Shown here piece by piece: positions 45,588-54,384 of a stretch of 54,384 bases of DNA. A program made the position numbers and the translations under genes. The stretch's first letter is position 1. The number at the start of each line of letters is the position of its first letter. The notes beneath the pieces are model-generated. The model worked only from the letters and a program-made list of their open reading frames with translations. It was not told the origin of the DNA and did not search any database. This DNA is from a virus (Duplodnaviria; Caudoviricetes), in the IMG/VR virus record IMGVR_UViG_3300031951_000214, positions 1 to 54,384 of that record; one strand, 5' to 3'.

Positions 45588-46499
45588 TCAGGCAGTGCCT
45601 GAAGAACCAAACATACCCAGAGGGTCAGACCAGCCGAAGCTGTAACGCTCACGGGCCTTGTAACGCACGTTGCCGGTATCGAAGTCGCCGTCCATGCTGT
45701 TAGACAGCGGAGTACGAACGAAGTGCTTCAGACCGTTTGGCACGTCTGTAGTCAAGAACCAAGCGTTGGTGTCTGTCAAGAAGTGGTTGACAGTGTAGCC
45801 GCCGGGAATTGCGCCCATTTGCTTGATGGCGTTGATGTCGTTGTCCGCTGTAGACACACGCAGTTCGGTGTCTAACAAACGTTTAGCGACAAACATCAAG
45901 TTTGGAGGAACAATCATCTTGACAGGCTTGGCTGCAATCAACAAACCACGCTCATCAGTCCAAGCAGCGATCTGGATAACGGCGGCTTCCAAAGAAGTCT
46001 CGTTCAAATCAACTTGGGTAGAGGGAGTGTTGCTGTTGACACCGCCAGTAATCAAGGGGTGGCTGGTATTAAACAAAGACACGCCGTCGCCACCGGGGTA
46101 GCTAGAGCTAAAGCCATTGTTCAGGACGGCAGCAGCCTTGACCTGTTTGGTGTAAGCCATAGCGCGAGCCAATGACTTGGTGTAACGAGACGACAAGCTG
46201 TCGTACAAGTTATCTTCAATCGCTTCTTCAGTGATTGAGAAACCCAAGGCGATGGTTTCGTGCGTATAGCGGGTTGACCATGCCTCTTGTGCATTGTCAT
46301 AAGCGATGGCAGAACCTTCGTTTTTGACTGGTGCAGCAGAAAAGCCGGACAGTTTGGTTTCTTCTTCAAAAGAACGCTCAGAAGTCTCAGTTTCGTAGAT
46401 TTCTTTGTGTTCTTCACCGTAGCGAGCATACTCCATACCGAACAAAGCGTTCAATCCGGGGAGCAACTCTTTCAGCAGTTGTGCGCGTGAAATAGCCAT
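45588..46499 (-). CDS. major capsid protein (HK97 fold, Mu gpT-like)
   Basis: MAISRAQLLKELLPGL, GGDGVSLF..SHP, NHFLTD..AWF, RYKARERYSFG.SD. Confidence 0.9.
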   Translation of the reverse strand: MAISRAQLLKELLPGLNALFGMEYARYGEEHKEIYETETSERSFEEETKLSGFSAAPVKNEGSAIAYDNAQEAWSTRYTHETIALGFSITEEAIEDNLYDSLSSRYTKSLARAMAYTKQVKAAAVLNNGFSSSYPGGDGVSLFNTSHPLITGGVNSNTPSTQVDLNETSLEAAVIQIAAWTDERGLLIAAKPVKMIVPPNLMFVAKRLLDTELRVSTADNDINAIKQMGAIPGGYTVNHFLTDTNAWFLTTDVPNGLKHFVRTPLSNSMDGDFDTGNVRYKARERYSFGWSDPLGMFGSSGTA

Positions 46500-46514
46500 G
46501 ATTTAAGCTCCTGT

Positions 46515-47171
46515 TTAAACGCCAGAGGCGATAGTGGTTGTATGAATCTCAAAGTTCCAACGAACGATGAGTTCGGGGAACACCACGTTGCCAGAACCAT
46601 TGACATAAGATGTCTCAGGCACAACGTCAACGACGTTCATGGGCAGTGTTCCTGTGGTTGCAGACGCTGCAACGGCTACTCGGCTGTCGCCTGTAGCTGT
46701 CAAACCAGTGTTCTGAACCAATTCCACGTTTGTACCAATAACGGTAAATTGCGTGGTAGATGACGGCAACAAACCAGAAGTTGCATCATCAGCAGTAGTA
46801 CCTGTAGCAATCACAGCCTTGAACAAGGTGTCAGGGTCATTACACACATAAGCGGTAATAACTGTACCTGTTGGAGCAGTAGTGTTTGCAGGATAGTACT
46901 GAGAGAAAATGACCTGACCTTGCGCGTTAACGTAAGAGCAGCCCATGAAAACGCCCATGATTTGTGAAGTTGTCACAGTTGCACGAGCGGACGTGATGGC
47001 AGATTTGATAATCGTGCCGGTGTTTACCATTTCTACAGCATCACCAAAAAAGATGGAGGTGTTGTAGGCCGAGGCAATCCGATACTGACGAGTAGCGCCC
47101 GCGAAGGGTGTACCGCCGTATAGATTGATCGGCTTCAAACCATAAGGTTTATCTACCGTTGGGTAAGCCAT
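46515..47171 (-). CDS. capsid-associated (decoration/cement) protein
   Basis: PYGLKP, GVFMGCSY, DPDTLF; directly upstream of the MCP. Confidence 0.65.
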   Translation of the reverse strand: MAYPTVDKPYGLKPINLYGGTPFAGATRQYRIASAYNTSIFFGDAVEMVNTGTIIKSAITSARATVTTSQIMGVFMGCSYVNAQGQVIFSQYYPANTTAPTGTVITAYVCNDPDTLFKAVIATGTTADDATSGLLPSSTTQFTVIGTNVELVQNTGLTATGDSRVAVAASATTGTLPMNVVDVVPETSYVNGSGNVVFPELIVRWNFEIHTTTIASGV

Positions 47172-47186
47172 TTTAGACTCCTAAAT

Positions 47187-47663
47187 TTAAGAACCAGAAC
47201 CGAAAGTGACATTCGACTTCTTATCAGCGAATAACGCCATATTGGATCGAGAGTCTCTTTCCCGAAGGAAATTGTTGTCAACCGATTCCATTTGTGACTT
47301 GTTCAGGTTGTCAAAGTGCTTAGCACGTTGCTCCATAAACTCAGCCGGAATGCGACATAACAACAGTCCACCAATTTCAATACCGCCTTTAAAGCGGCCT
47401 TCAGTGGCAGCGTGCATCATGAGTTCAGGATATTCTTCCGCTTTTACGGGTTCGTATCCCTCACGTAACTTAGAAGAGATATTGCTAGGATCAGCAGCAC
47501 CCAAAGTACTTAAACGGATATAACGATGTTTCCAACCGGGGCGGTCATCGGGCATAGGTAACGCTTCGGGAGCTCGCCAAGACGTTGGTCTATAGCTGTT
47601 AGCTCGGGTTTCCAATGCTCTGTCTAGACGAGCTTGCGGTTTTTTTGTTTCGACGTTTTCCAT
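47187..47663 (-). CDS. conserved head-module protein
   Basis: GWKHRYIR...KLREGYEPV...GGLLLCRIP. Confidence 0.7.
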   Translation of the reverse strand: MENVETKKPQARLDRALETRANSYRPTSWRAPEALPMPDDRPGWKHRYIRLSTLGAADPSNISSKLREGYEPVKAEEYPELMMHAATEGRFKGGIEIGGLLLCRIPAEFMEQRAKHFDNLNKSQMESVDNNFLRERDSRSNMALFADKKSNVTFGSGS

Positions 47664-47665
47664 GA

Positions 47666-48667
47666 TTAAGCACCTTTTCTAAGTAAAGCAACCTGTCTTG
47701 CATATTCTTCAATAGGCACCCCAAGACGTCGCGCTTGCGCGGCTTCTGATGCCTTTAACCGAATACGGTTAGGTGGTGTACTCCGCGAGGCTGGAGCCAC
47801 TGGCGAAGTAATTCGTGTTGCACGGCGCGGCGGATCGTAATCATCCTCGTCAACCGGTTCTGACGTTCTTTTCTTTGGAGGCGGTTCGTCATCCTCATAG
47901 CTCTGTTCACTCTCAAAGTGCTCAGGAAATCGTTTGCGCATCGTTTTGTCGATGGTTTTGAAGTACTCTTCAGTACCTACATAGTCCGCACCATACTCTT
48001 TCTGCAACTTTCTGTCAATACCCATTGCAGCCATAGTCATCTCGTCGTCTACGCCCCACCAATCGCTGTTGTTTTCCACCCATTTTTTAGTACGGGGAGA
48101 TACTCTTGGAGCCTCATCAACTTCGCGTGCGGGAGCCTGAAACTCTCTGTCCTCATTCTTGATTGGCTTCATGCTCTCGGCACGATCAATCTTCAAAGTG
48201 GCCCTAGCAATTGCCTCTTGTGCCTGTACAATTGCATCAGGATCAGCAGCTTCGTACGCTTTCTTGTACTTCTCTTTGGCGGCGTCCAATTCAATTTGAG
48301 CAGACGATTTTGACTGCTCAATATAGGCTTCGCTGCCTGTAGAAAGTTGTTGCTGAAGTCGCTTGTTTTCTTCAAGAATTTGTTTTGCGTAGGCTTCAGT
48401 TGCTTCGCGTTCCCGCAGAGCCTGCTCCTTCGCACGGCGTTCATCGTGATAGCCACGGGTGAACTTCTTAATACGTTTTTGAACCTTCTCGTCGTAGGAG
48501 GCTAACTCTTCGTCAGTTACTTCTTCGACTGGTTCTTTCATGGGTTTACGCCCACGGTCTTCAGGAGGAGTATCGTCTTCGATCTCGATCTCAAGTTTCT
48601 CTTCAGCAGTTTTCTTGCCTTCTACTTCATCTGGAAACTCGTATGTGTCGTCAAATTTTGTTGCCAT
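47666..48667 (-). CDS. capsid scaffolding protein
   Basis: Acidic coiled coil; C-terminal 'ARRLGVPIEEYARQ'. Confidence 0.7.
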   Translation of the reverse strand: MATKFDDTYEFPDEVEGKKTAEEKLEIEIEDDTPPEDRGRKPMKEPVEEVTDEELASYDEKVQKRIKKFTRGYHDERRAKEQALREREATEAYAKQILEENKRLQQQLSTGSEAYIEQSKSSAQIELDAAKEKYKKAYEAADPDAIVQAQEAIARATLKIDRAESMKPIKNEDREFQAPAREVDEAPRVSPRTKKWVENNSDWWGVDDEMTMAAMGIDRKLQKEYGADYVGTEEYFKTIDKTMRKRFPEHFESEQSYEDDEPPPKKRTSEPVDEDDYDPPRRATRITSPVAPASRSTPPNRIRLKASEAAQARRLGVPIEEYARQVALLRKGA

Positions 48668-48677
48668 GTGTTACTCC

Positions 48678-49088
48678 TTATGCAGCTCGTGTAATGCCAC
48701 GGGGGTCTTCTACAACCGCTTCCACACTGTCATCGTTGATGATGCGGAACTCACGGCCATGAATCTTCAGACGGGTGCCTGAATTGGGTCGGACGATGAC
48801 AAAGTCACCTTCCTTGCACGACGGCCCACTGGGGAACCGGGTGGTGTCTTTATACGCATCAGGCCCAAGCTTGATAACGAACAGGACTGGGGTCAGCACT
48901 TCTTCATAGTGCATGGTCTTTGAGTCTTTTATAAGACCTACTTCACTGTCTTGGTATTCCTCCATTGCTTCGGGAACAACGCACAAGAGGCGAAAGGTTT
49001 TGGGGTCGGGCAACTGCTTGGCTTTTTCTTCAGCAGTCTTATTCAGAATGCCAGACAGATCAACGGCAGCGACATCAAATTCACTCAT
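48678..49088 (-). CDS. groES: GroES-like co-chaperonin (Cpn10)
   Basis: P..FRLL, GLI, V.KLGPDAY, KEGDFV, GTRL.I.G.EFRIINDD.V.AVV. Confidence 0.85.
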   Translation of the reverse strand: MSEFDVAAVDLSGILNKTAEEKAKQLPDPKTFRLLCVVPEAMEEYQDSEVGLIKDSKTMHYEEVLTPVLFVIKLGPDAYKDTTRFPSGPSCKEGDFVIVRPNSGTRLKIHGREFRIINDDSVEAVVEDPRGITRAA

Positions 49089-49278
49089 CAGCTTTCTCCA
49101 TTTTTTGCACAAGGTCTTCAATGATGTTTTCTGCAAAGTTCAAACCTTGGATAACTCCGCAGATTCTTCGGTACTCTTCAAAAGTGTCGCATCGACCAGC
49201 AGCTGCGTAAGCTTCACGCTCTTGTTTCAGCTTTTGAATCTCTTTGACTATGAGAGCCAACAGTTTGTAGTCGCTCAA
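49081..49278 (-). CDS. small conserved protein between portal and GroES
   Basis: G....FEEYR..CG.IQGL; TTG start after AAGGAG. Confidence 0.75.
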   Translation of the reverse strand: MSDYKLLALIVKEIQKLKQEREAYAAAGRCDTFEEYRRICGVIQGLNFAENIIEDLVQKMEKADE

Positions 49279-51791
49279 TCTTTCTCCTTCTTAGGTGGTT
49301 GCTGAGATTTTTGACCGGTGTTTTGAGCAGCGCGATGAGCTGCTTGTTGCACGGCCATTTGCGCCTTGTGTTTTGCAACATCAATGCCCAAACGTGCACC
49401 CTCAATTTCTGATTGACGAGTGGCTTTGTCTTTTGCAGCGGCTGCTGTAGCCGCGACCTGCATAGCAGCGATCTCTTTTTGAGCCGCGATACGTGCTTCC
49501 TCGACGCGAATCTGATCTGCTTTGGCGGCAGCATCAATTTGTTGCTTTTGTTGTTTCAACTGCAACTCGCCCTGTTTAATCTGCAACTCTTGCATCTGCA
49601 TCTGAACAATCGGGTCCTGCATCTGCTGTTGGGCTTTCTGTTGTTGAGCCTCTTGTTGGTTCTGCTGCAACAACTGCGTAGACGCTTGAGCCGCCATCAC
49701 AGCAATTTTGTCAGCCAACTCTGGAGCAACTTGTTTGTTTTGCTCTTCCGAAGGCAGTGTTACGCCCATCGTCATCTCAACTTGTTTACGATACTCAAAC
49801 GCAATGTGTTCGTTGATGTGAGCCATCGCTGAGGCCATGATCTGCTGCGCCATCGGATTCATCGCCATCAACTGCTGAATCTTCGGGTCTTGTATCGCGG
49901 CCATGTGTACAGCGATATGCGCCTGATGGTTCTGCTCCATGAACGCTTTGACCGGCTTCATAGTCAGCAACGCTTGGTTCTCAGACACGGGGTCAACAGG
50001 TATGGCGTCGTCTTCTGTTTTGACCAACTTGTTCGCGTTCTTCACACCCAAGACCTCAATCATCTGACGGTGTAAGAGAGATAAGTCATACAACTGGGGA
50101 GCCTGTTGCGCCAACTGCATCACTGCTTGGTACTGCACAATCTTTTGTGCCATTGTTGCTGCGTTGGGGTCACTCACAGGAATGACGTCCACTTTCTCGT
50201 AGTCTGATTTACGAGCAGCGCGGCTACCTTCTTCTGGTTCGTAATCGTAGTCTTCTGGGGCGTAGTCAGCGATGATGACCTTGAGGAGTTTGAACTCCTG
50301 TTTCATGGTGAAGTGCATACGAGCCTGCACAGCACCCATCACTTTAAGAGTACGCTCAAGCAGAGCCAATGTTGTACCCACTGGAGCTTGTGCCGACATG
50401 TCGGACACATTCATATCTCCTGATGAGGCAAACGCTCTGCCTTCTTCTACGATGTTTTGGAACAGGCCAAACAGAACCTGACTTGGCTCTTTGTATGGCA
50501 GAGGGAGAATGTTGTCCCTGATTGAACCACTTGGGACGTCTACGTCTCTGAACTCTCCGGGTTGGATGGGCGTGTCGTCGCCTTTGATGCGAAGACCGCG
50601 AGACTTGAGGCCCCCGGGTAGGTTTGAAAGTGTTCCCGCATCCACGAGCTGGCGGATGAGCATCGTCGCGCTCTTTGCGTATCCTCCGATAAGGTGGATA
50701 AGACCATAACCATAGAATCCAAAACCGGGGATGTATTGGTAGTGAACGAAGTGTTGGCGTTTGAGTTGGAGTTCATCGTCTTCATACCAATTTCTCCTGA
50801 TGGCCAACACTGTACCAGTCTGTTTTTCAAGCGTGACAACATAAGGCAGAGCAATACCTGTTGGCTTACCCTTCTTATCAGTGTGTTCAAAGCCGGGCAA
50901 ATCTAAGTCAACATGCATCTCAAGGATACGATATCTGTCGTCTTGAGTAGCTGACATCCCGTTCTCTTCGGCTTTTTGCTTCTCAATGTCGTCCAACTCA
51001 TAGCCGGGTTCACCCAACTCTACATCAGCGTAAAAACCTGCATTCTGGAGTCGAAGAATCTCGTTCTCAGTCTTACGCATCACATGAGTAACACGTTCTG
51101 CTGTCTCTAAACTTGTGGCTCCATAAGGCACTACGATGTCTTCAGCAGGAATAAATACTGCTGCTTGACGACCTCTGCTTGGGTCGTAATAAACTTTTTT
51201 GAACGCAGAACCAGCCAAAGGTAGATTCCACAACATCTTCTCATGCTCTGGTCGGTACTCGACCATCACCTCAGTCAGCTGGTAGTTCATGTCCTCCTGC
51301 ACGCGCGCGGCTGCGTCTTCTGCTTCAGGGGTGTCTCTGCCAATAATTTTCGTCTTCACAGGCCCCATCGCGGGGAACGTCTCGGTGATGCCTTCTGACT
51401 GAAACCGCACTACTGACTCTGTGAGCATCGGGTGAAACACACCACACGCCCCCTGCCAAGGCTCTGTTCTTTCCTCATACTTCAAGCCCAACAGCTTTAG
51501 TCCATCAACGTATGTTTTGATCCAGTCTTTGCGGTCTTGGGTGTCTTTATCAAAGTCATCAATCAATTCAGAACTGAGCATGGCCAAATCTTTGTCGTCC
51601 ATATACTCAGCAAGATTGGCATCAAACGTATCGGCTGTTTCTTTTTGTGGTTTGAGATCAATCTCAATGTCACCCATGCCGATACTCACCGACTCAGGGT
51701 CTTCGATCTCAATCTCAATGTCCGGCGCACCCTCTGGAATGAGTTCTTCAAGTCCTTGAGGAGCTGCGTATAAGCCTTTACTGATCGCCAT
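49275..51791 (-). CDS. portal protein
   Basis: 838 aa after TerL; GSAFKKVYYD, GFYGYGL, LVDAGTLSN, Gln-rich barrel-like tail. Confidence 0.9.
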   Translation of the reverse strand: MAISKGLYAAPQGLEELIPEGAPDIEIEIEDPESVSIGMGDIEIDLKPQKETADTFDANLAEYMDDKDLAMLSSELIDDFDKDTQDRKDWIKTYVDGLKLLGLKYEERTEPWQGACGVFHPMLTESVVRFQSEGITETFPAMGPVKTKIIGRDTPEAEDAAARVQEDMNYQLTEVMVEYRPEHEKMLWNLPLAGSAFKKVYYDPSRGRQAAVFIPAEDIVVPYGATSLETAERVTHVMRKTENEILRLQNAGFYADVELGEPGYELDDIEKQKAEENGMSATQDDRYRILEMHVDLDLPGFEHTDKKGKPTGIALPYVVTLEKQTGTVLAIRRNWYEDDELQLKRQHFVHYQYIPGFGFYGYGLIHLIGGYAKSATMLIRQLVDAGTLSNLPGGLKSRGLRIKGDDTPIQPGEFRDVDVPSGSIRDNILPLPYKEPSQVLFGLFQNIVEEGRAFASSGDMNVSDMSAQAPVGTTLALLERTLKVMGAVQARMHFTMKQEFKLLKVIIADYAPEDYDYEPEEGSRAARKSDYEKVDVIPVSDPNAATMAQKIVQYQAVMQLAQQAPQLYDLSLLHRQMIEVLGVKNANKLVKTEDDAIPVDPVSENQALLTMKPVKAFMEQNHQAHIAVHMAAIQDPKIQQLMAMNPMAQQIMASAMAHINEHIAFEYRKQVEMTMGVTLPSEEQNKQVAPELADKIAVMAAQASTQLLQQNQQEAQQQKAQQQMQDPIVQMQMQELQIKQGELQLKQQKQQIDAAAKADQIRVEEARIAAQKEIAAMQVAATAAAAKDKATRQSEIEGARLGIDVAKHKAQMAVQQAAHRAAQNTGQKSQQPPKKEKD

Positions 51792-51800
51792 TTTGTGTCC

Positions 51801-53318
51801 TTACACCGTGTAGTACCGCTCAGCGCGGCGACTTTTAAAATACTGAATATCATCAGGTTCGTCGTTTGGCAACCTGATGAAACCTCCCTGACGGAATCTC
51901 GCAAGGGCTTGTGTAGTTGAGTCAACCAAGTCGTCGTTTGTGCCGCTTGGAAAGTCGTTGCACTCCTCAATAACCTCTTGCGCCCATCTGCGGTCCGGTG
52001 CCCATACTATCCCTGAAGAAAACAAGTCAGAGACAGCATTTACACGGGCGATCTTATCCTGTCCTTTACCCGGCGTAAACTCCCCAACAGGCACTCCCAT
52101 GCGTCTAAATTCTTGATACAGAGCTGCTCCGTTGGACTTCTTCTCCACCACAAACGCATCTGGCCCCCACTCTTTGTACTCCTCCAGCACCATCTTCTTC
52201 AGTTCTGGAAACTCCATGCGTTTTTTGATGGCGTTGAGCAATATGATGTTGTAATTGTTCGTGTTCTCATTGAAGAACACGCCCCATGTGGTCAGGGCGT
52301 TGTAGTCAGCGCGGGTGTTGGCTTCTTGTGCGGCGTCCAGACTCATAATAATGAACTCGCAGTTGGGTGGTGGGGCATCTTGATCCCATATCTGCCACCA
52401 CTCCCTTTTTATCAGCGCACCTTCCTCTGATACGGGGTTCTGCATGTACTGGGCTTCCCAGTACCGCACGTCCATGCCAGCCTTTTTGGACAACAACTCC
52501 TCAATCGACCAGAACTCGCCCCACAACGGCTTGTCATTCAATATGGCAGGGAACTCAACGACCTCCCAGTCGTCTACACCCTCTTCTCGACCCATCTGGC
52601 TGATGATCTGGCCTGTCAAATCTAGTTTTGACCACCGAGTCATCACAATGATAATAGCGCCTCCCGGCATAAGACGCTGCAAAGGGCCAGACTGGAACCA
52701 CTCCCAAGCAGGGAGAAAAACATCGGGGCGTCCAGTTTTTGCGTCTTGTTCAGAATGAGGGTCATCAATGATGAAAAGGTCCGCACCACGGCCAGCCAAA
52801 GCGCCGCCAACACCAATTGCAAAGTATTCACCTTGGGCATTTGTTCCCCATCTTGAAGCTGATTTACTGTCAGATTGCAGTTCTACGCCCGGAAAAATGT
52901 CTTTGTAGTTATCTGAACCTACAAGATTACGAACGCGGCGACCAAAATTAACAGCCAAATCTGCTGTGTGAGACGCCATAATGACCTTCTTATGGGGGAA
53001 TTTGCCCAAAAACCATGCTGGCGCAAGATAGGAAATGAGTTCAGATTTGCCATGTCGAGGCGCAATATTAACAATGACACGCTTTTTCTTTCCGTTGGCG
53101 ATGTCTTCGAAGATTTTAGCGAGCCTGCGATGATGCGGGCCAACTTTATAGCCGGGGTAGACGTGATCCGCGAACTCCAAAAGCAAATCTTTGCCCAAAT
53201 TCTGCACAGATTGGGCATCCCAGACCTTGATAAGTTCAAGAATTTTGCGTTTTTCATCATTTGACGCTGTTGGCAACAGGTTTTTCAGAGTTTCTATCTG
53301 TTCCCGTGTAACTTTCAC
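51801..53318 (-). CDS. terL: terminase large subunit
   Basis: APRHGKS, IIDDP, MTRW, YMQNP, RNase H-like DAA / DDLVDS. Confidence 0.95.
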   Translation of the reverse strand: MKVTREQIETLKNLLPTASNDEKRKILELIKVWDAQSVQNLGKDLLLEFADHVYPGYKVGPHHRRLAKIFEDIANGKKKRVIVNIAPRHGKSELISYLAPAWFLGKFPHKKVIMASHTADLAVNFGRRVRNLVGSDNYKDIFPGVELQSDSKSASRWGTNAQGEYFAIGVGGALAGRGADLFIIDDPHSEQDAKTGRPDVFLPAWEWFQSGPLQRLMPGGAIIIVMTRWSKLDLTGQIISQMGREEGVDDWEVVEFPAILNDKPLWGEFWSIEELLSKKAGMDVRYWEAQYMQNPVSEEGALIKREWWQIWDQDAPPPNCEFIIMSLDAAQEANTRADYNALTTWGVFFNENTNNYNIILLNAIKKRMEFPELKKMVLEEYKEWGPDAFVVEKKSNGAALYQEFRRMGVPVGEFTPGKGQDKIARVNAVSDLFSSGIVWAPDRRWAQEVIEECNDFPSGTNDDLVDSTTQALARFRQGGFIRLPNDEPDDIQYFKSRRAERYYTV

Positions 53319-53863
53319 CGTACAACCTCAATCATCTCTACGTCTACAGTGCGTTTTTCAAGTTTGGCAAGGGTTTCAAGCAGTTCTTTCTCAACTTCTT
53401 CAATAGACTGCTGTTTGTGCGTGACTTCAGAGCGGCGTTTGAAGGCGTCGACCCCGTCAACTTCCCCTAAAGCGCGCAGTGCAGTGAGCCGAATCTTGGC
53501 GTCGGGGTGGTCTGTCTCGGCCACCAGCTTGTTCACCACAAATTTCTTCAAATCAGCGAGTTCTTTGACCACCAAGGTGTCATGCTGCGCGACCATCCCA
53601 GCCAAATACGCAATTGTGGCGTTTGAGTAGGCGGATAAAGTGGGTACTTGCTTTTGATCGCCCATCATGCTTTGGGCAATTTCGACCGCCTGCTGGCGTT
53701 CTTCGTCATTTGGGTCAATTGGCTCGCCTTTTAAGTCAGCTATGAGCTTGACTGTTCTGGCGCGCATGTCCAACTCTTCGCGTGGAGACAGTTCGGGCAT
53801 CGCATCAGTGGCAGATGCGGGGAGCGGGATATGAGAATCTATCTCTGGAATCAAGTCTTGCAT
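53315..53863 (-). CDS. putative terminase small subunit
   Basis: Directly upstream of terL; helical; RLTALRALG. Confidence 0.6.
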   Translation of the reverse strand: MQDLIPEIDSHIPLPASATDAMPELSPREELDMRARTVKLIADLKGEPIDPNDEERQQAVEIAQSMMGDQKQVPTLSAYSNATIAYLAGMVAQHDTLVVKELADLKKFVVNKLVAETDHPDAKIRLTALRALGEVDGVDAFKRRSEVTHKQQSIEEVEKELLETLAKLEKRTVDVEMIEVVR

Positions 53864-53894
53864 TGGGAGGAAGGTGGCACTCCAAAGTTGACGG

Positions 53895-53903
53895 AATATA
53901 CCA
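53895..53903 (-). promoter_or_regulatory. extended -10 promoter candidate for the late block
   Basis: TGGTATATT about 30 nt upstream of the terS start. Confidence 0.45.
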
Positions 53904-53976
53904 CGTATTTCGACGAGGAGGTAGGATTCCTACCCGGGGGGTATTAGGATAAACCCTAATAGACAAGGAGACGAGC

Positions 53977-54002
53977 AAAAAAAGACCCCCGGGGAGGGGG
54001 TC
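53977..54002 (-). terminator. intrinsic terminator
   Basis: gaccccc-tcccc-gggggtc followed by ttttttt on the - strand. Confidence 0.75.
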
Positions 54003-54065
54003 GAAGGAGAGAGGCAACTGAGAAGGTTGTTGATTGGATACTTATCCAGCAAGACTGTAAACTTA

Positions 54066-54141
54066 ACCAACACGGCTGGGGACTTGTCGTGCGTCCTTCA
54101 ATTAGCGTGGCAACATCAGCCACATCCCCATGCGTGTTGGT
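54066..54141 (-). ncRNA. putative structured RNA hairpin
   Basis: Nested stems accaacacg/cgtgttggt, tgggga/tcccca and gtggc/gccac; strand inferred from the downstream terminator. Confidence 0.45.
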
Positions 54142-54300
54142 ACACCGTTCCCTTTCGAGCTTTTCATGTTACGTGGTGTCTCCGCGACTTTGGGAAGTAT
54201 ATCAGTTATTTGTGCGAGTCATGGTGTAGGAGGCGGGAGGGGGACCCATTTGGGAATCTGGGGGGTGGGGGTATGCCTACCCCCGTATATGTCAAGTTTG

Positions 54301-54309
54301 TGCTATACT
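54301..54309 (+). promoter_or_regulatory. extended -10 promoter for a rightward early gene
   Basis: TGCTATACT, then AAGGAG and ATG at 54356. Confidence 0.55.
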
Positions 54310-54355
54310 AACCCCAATGCGATGCAATAGTGCAAAGCAGATAAGGAGAATGCAA

Positions 54356-54384
54356 ATGGACGGAATGCTCACAATCAAGATGGT
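54356..54384 (+). CDS. start of a rightward gene, truncated by the window edge
   Basis: TAAGGAG RBS; MDGMLTIKM... Confidence 0.5.

Noticed and set aside
54027-54330. ORFs of 94 and 66 aa in the terminal non-coding region
   Set aside because: No RBS, unusual composition, and they overlap palindromes and hairpins better explained as regulatory DNA or RNA.
1-54384. Alternative genetic code, diversity-generating retroelement, tRNAs, integrase
   Set aside because: Genes are intact in the standard code with all three stops used; no reverse transcriptase, adenine-variable repeat pair, cloverleaf or recombinase motif was seen by eye.

Overview
The window is most of the genome of a tailed dsDNA phage (Caudoviricetes, probably short-tailed with ejection proteins). 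An embedded Rz/Rz1 spanin pair points to a Gram-negative host; a freshwater betaproteobacterial host is only an impression. The + strand (1-13420) carries small early genes and a replication module: DUF3310 protein, family-A DNA polymerase, Cas4-like exonuclease, HNH protein, SNF2 helicase, probable SSB, HTH protein and primase-helicase. The - strand (53863-13417) is one long late block: terminases, portal, GroES, scaffold, gpT-like major capsid protein, a cluster of small Lys-rich proteins, head-tail and tail genes, tail fibres, a lysis cassette and internal virion proteins up to 2029 aa. No integrase, tRNA or CRISPR array was seen. The best leads are: (1) otherwise unrelated basic proteins behind the capsid gene that share an 'xAxGG...DGxAxKGKT' tag, possibly a capsid cargo-loading signal; (2) RBS-equipped genes overprinted inside the giant ejection protein; (3) three structured non-coding elements, one a double pseudoknot reaching an RBS; (4) a DUF5872-like gene split around an Endo VII nuclease; (5) an ATT-initiated lysis-cassette gene; (6) early genes built from repeated junction modules. 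Family names come from recalled motifs, not database searches.
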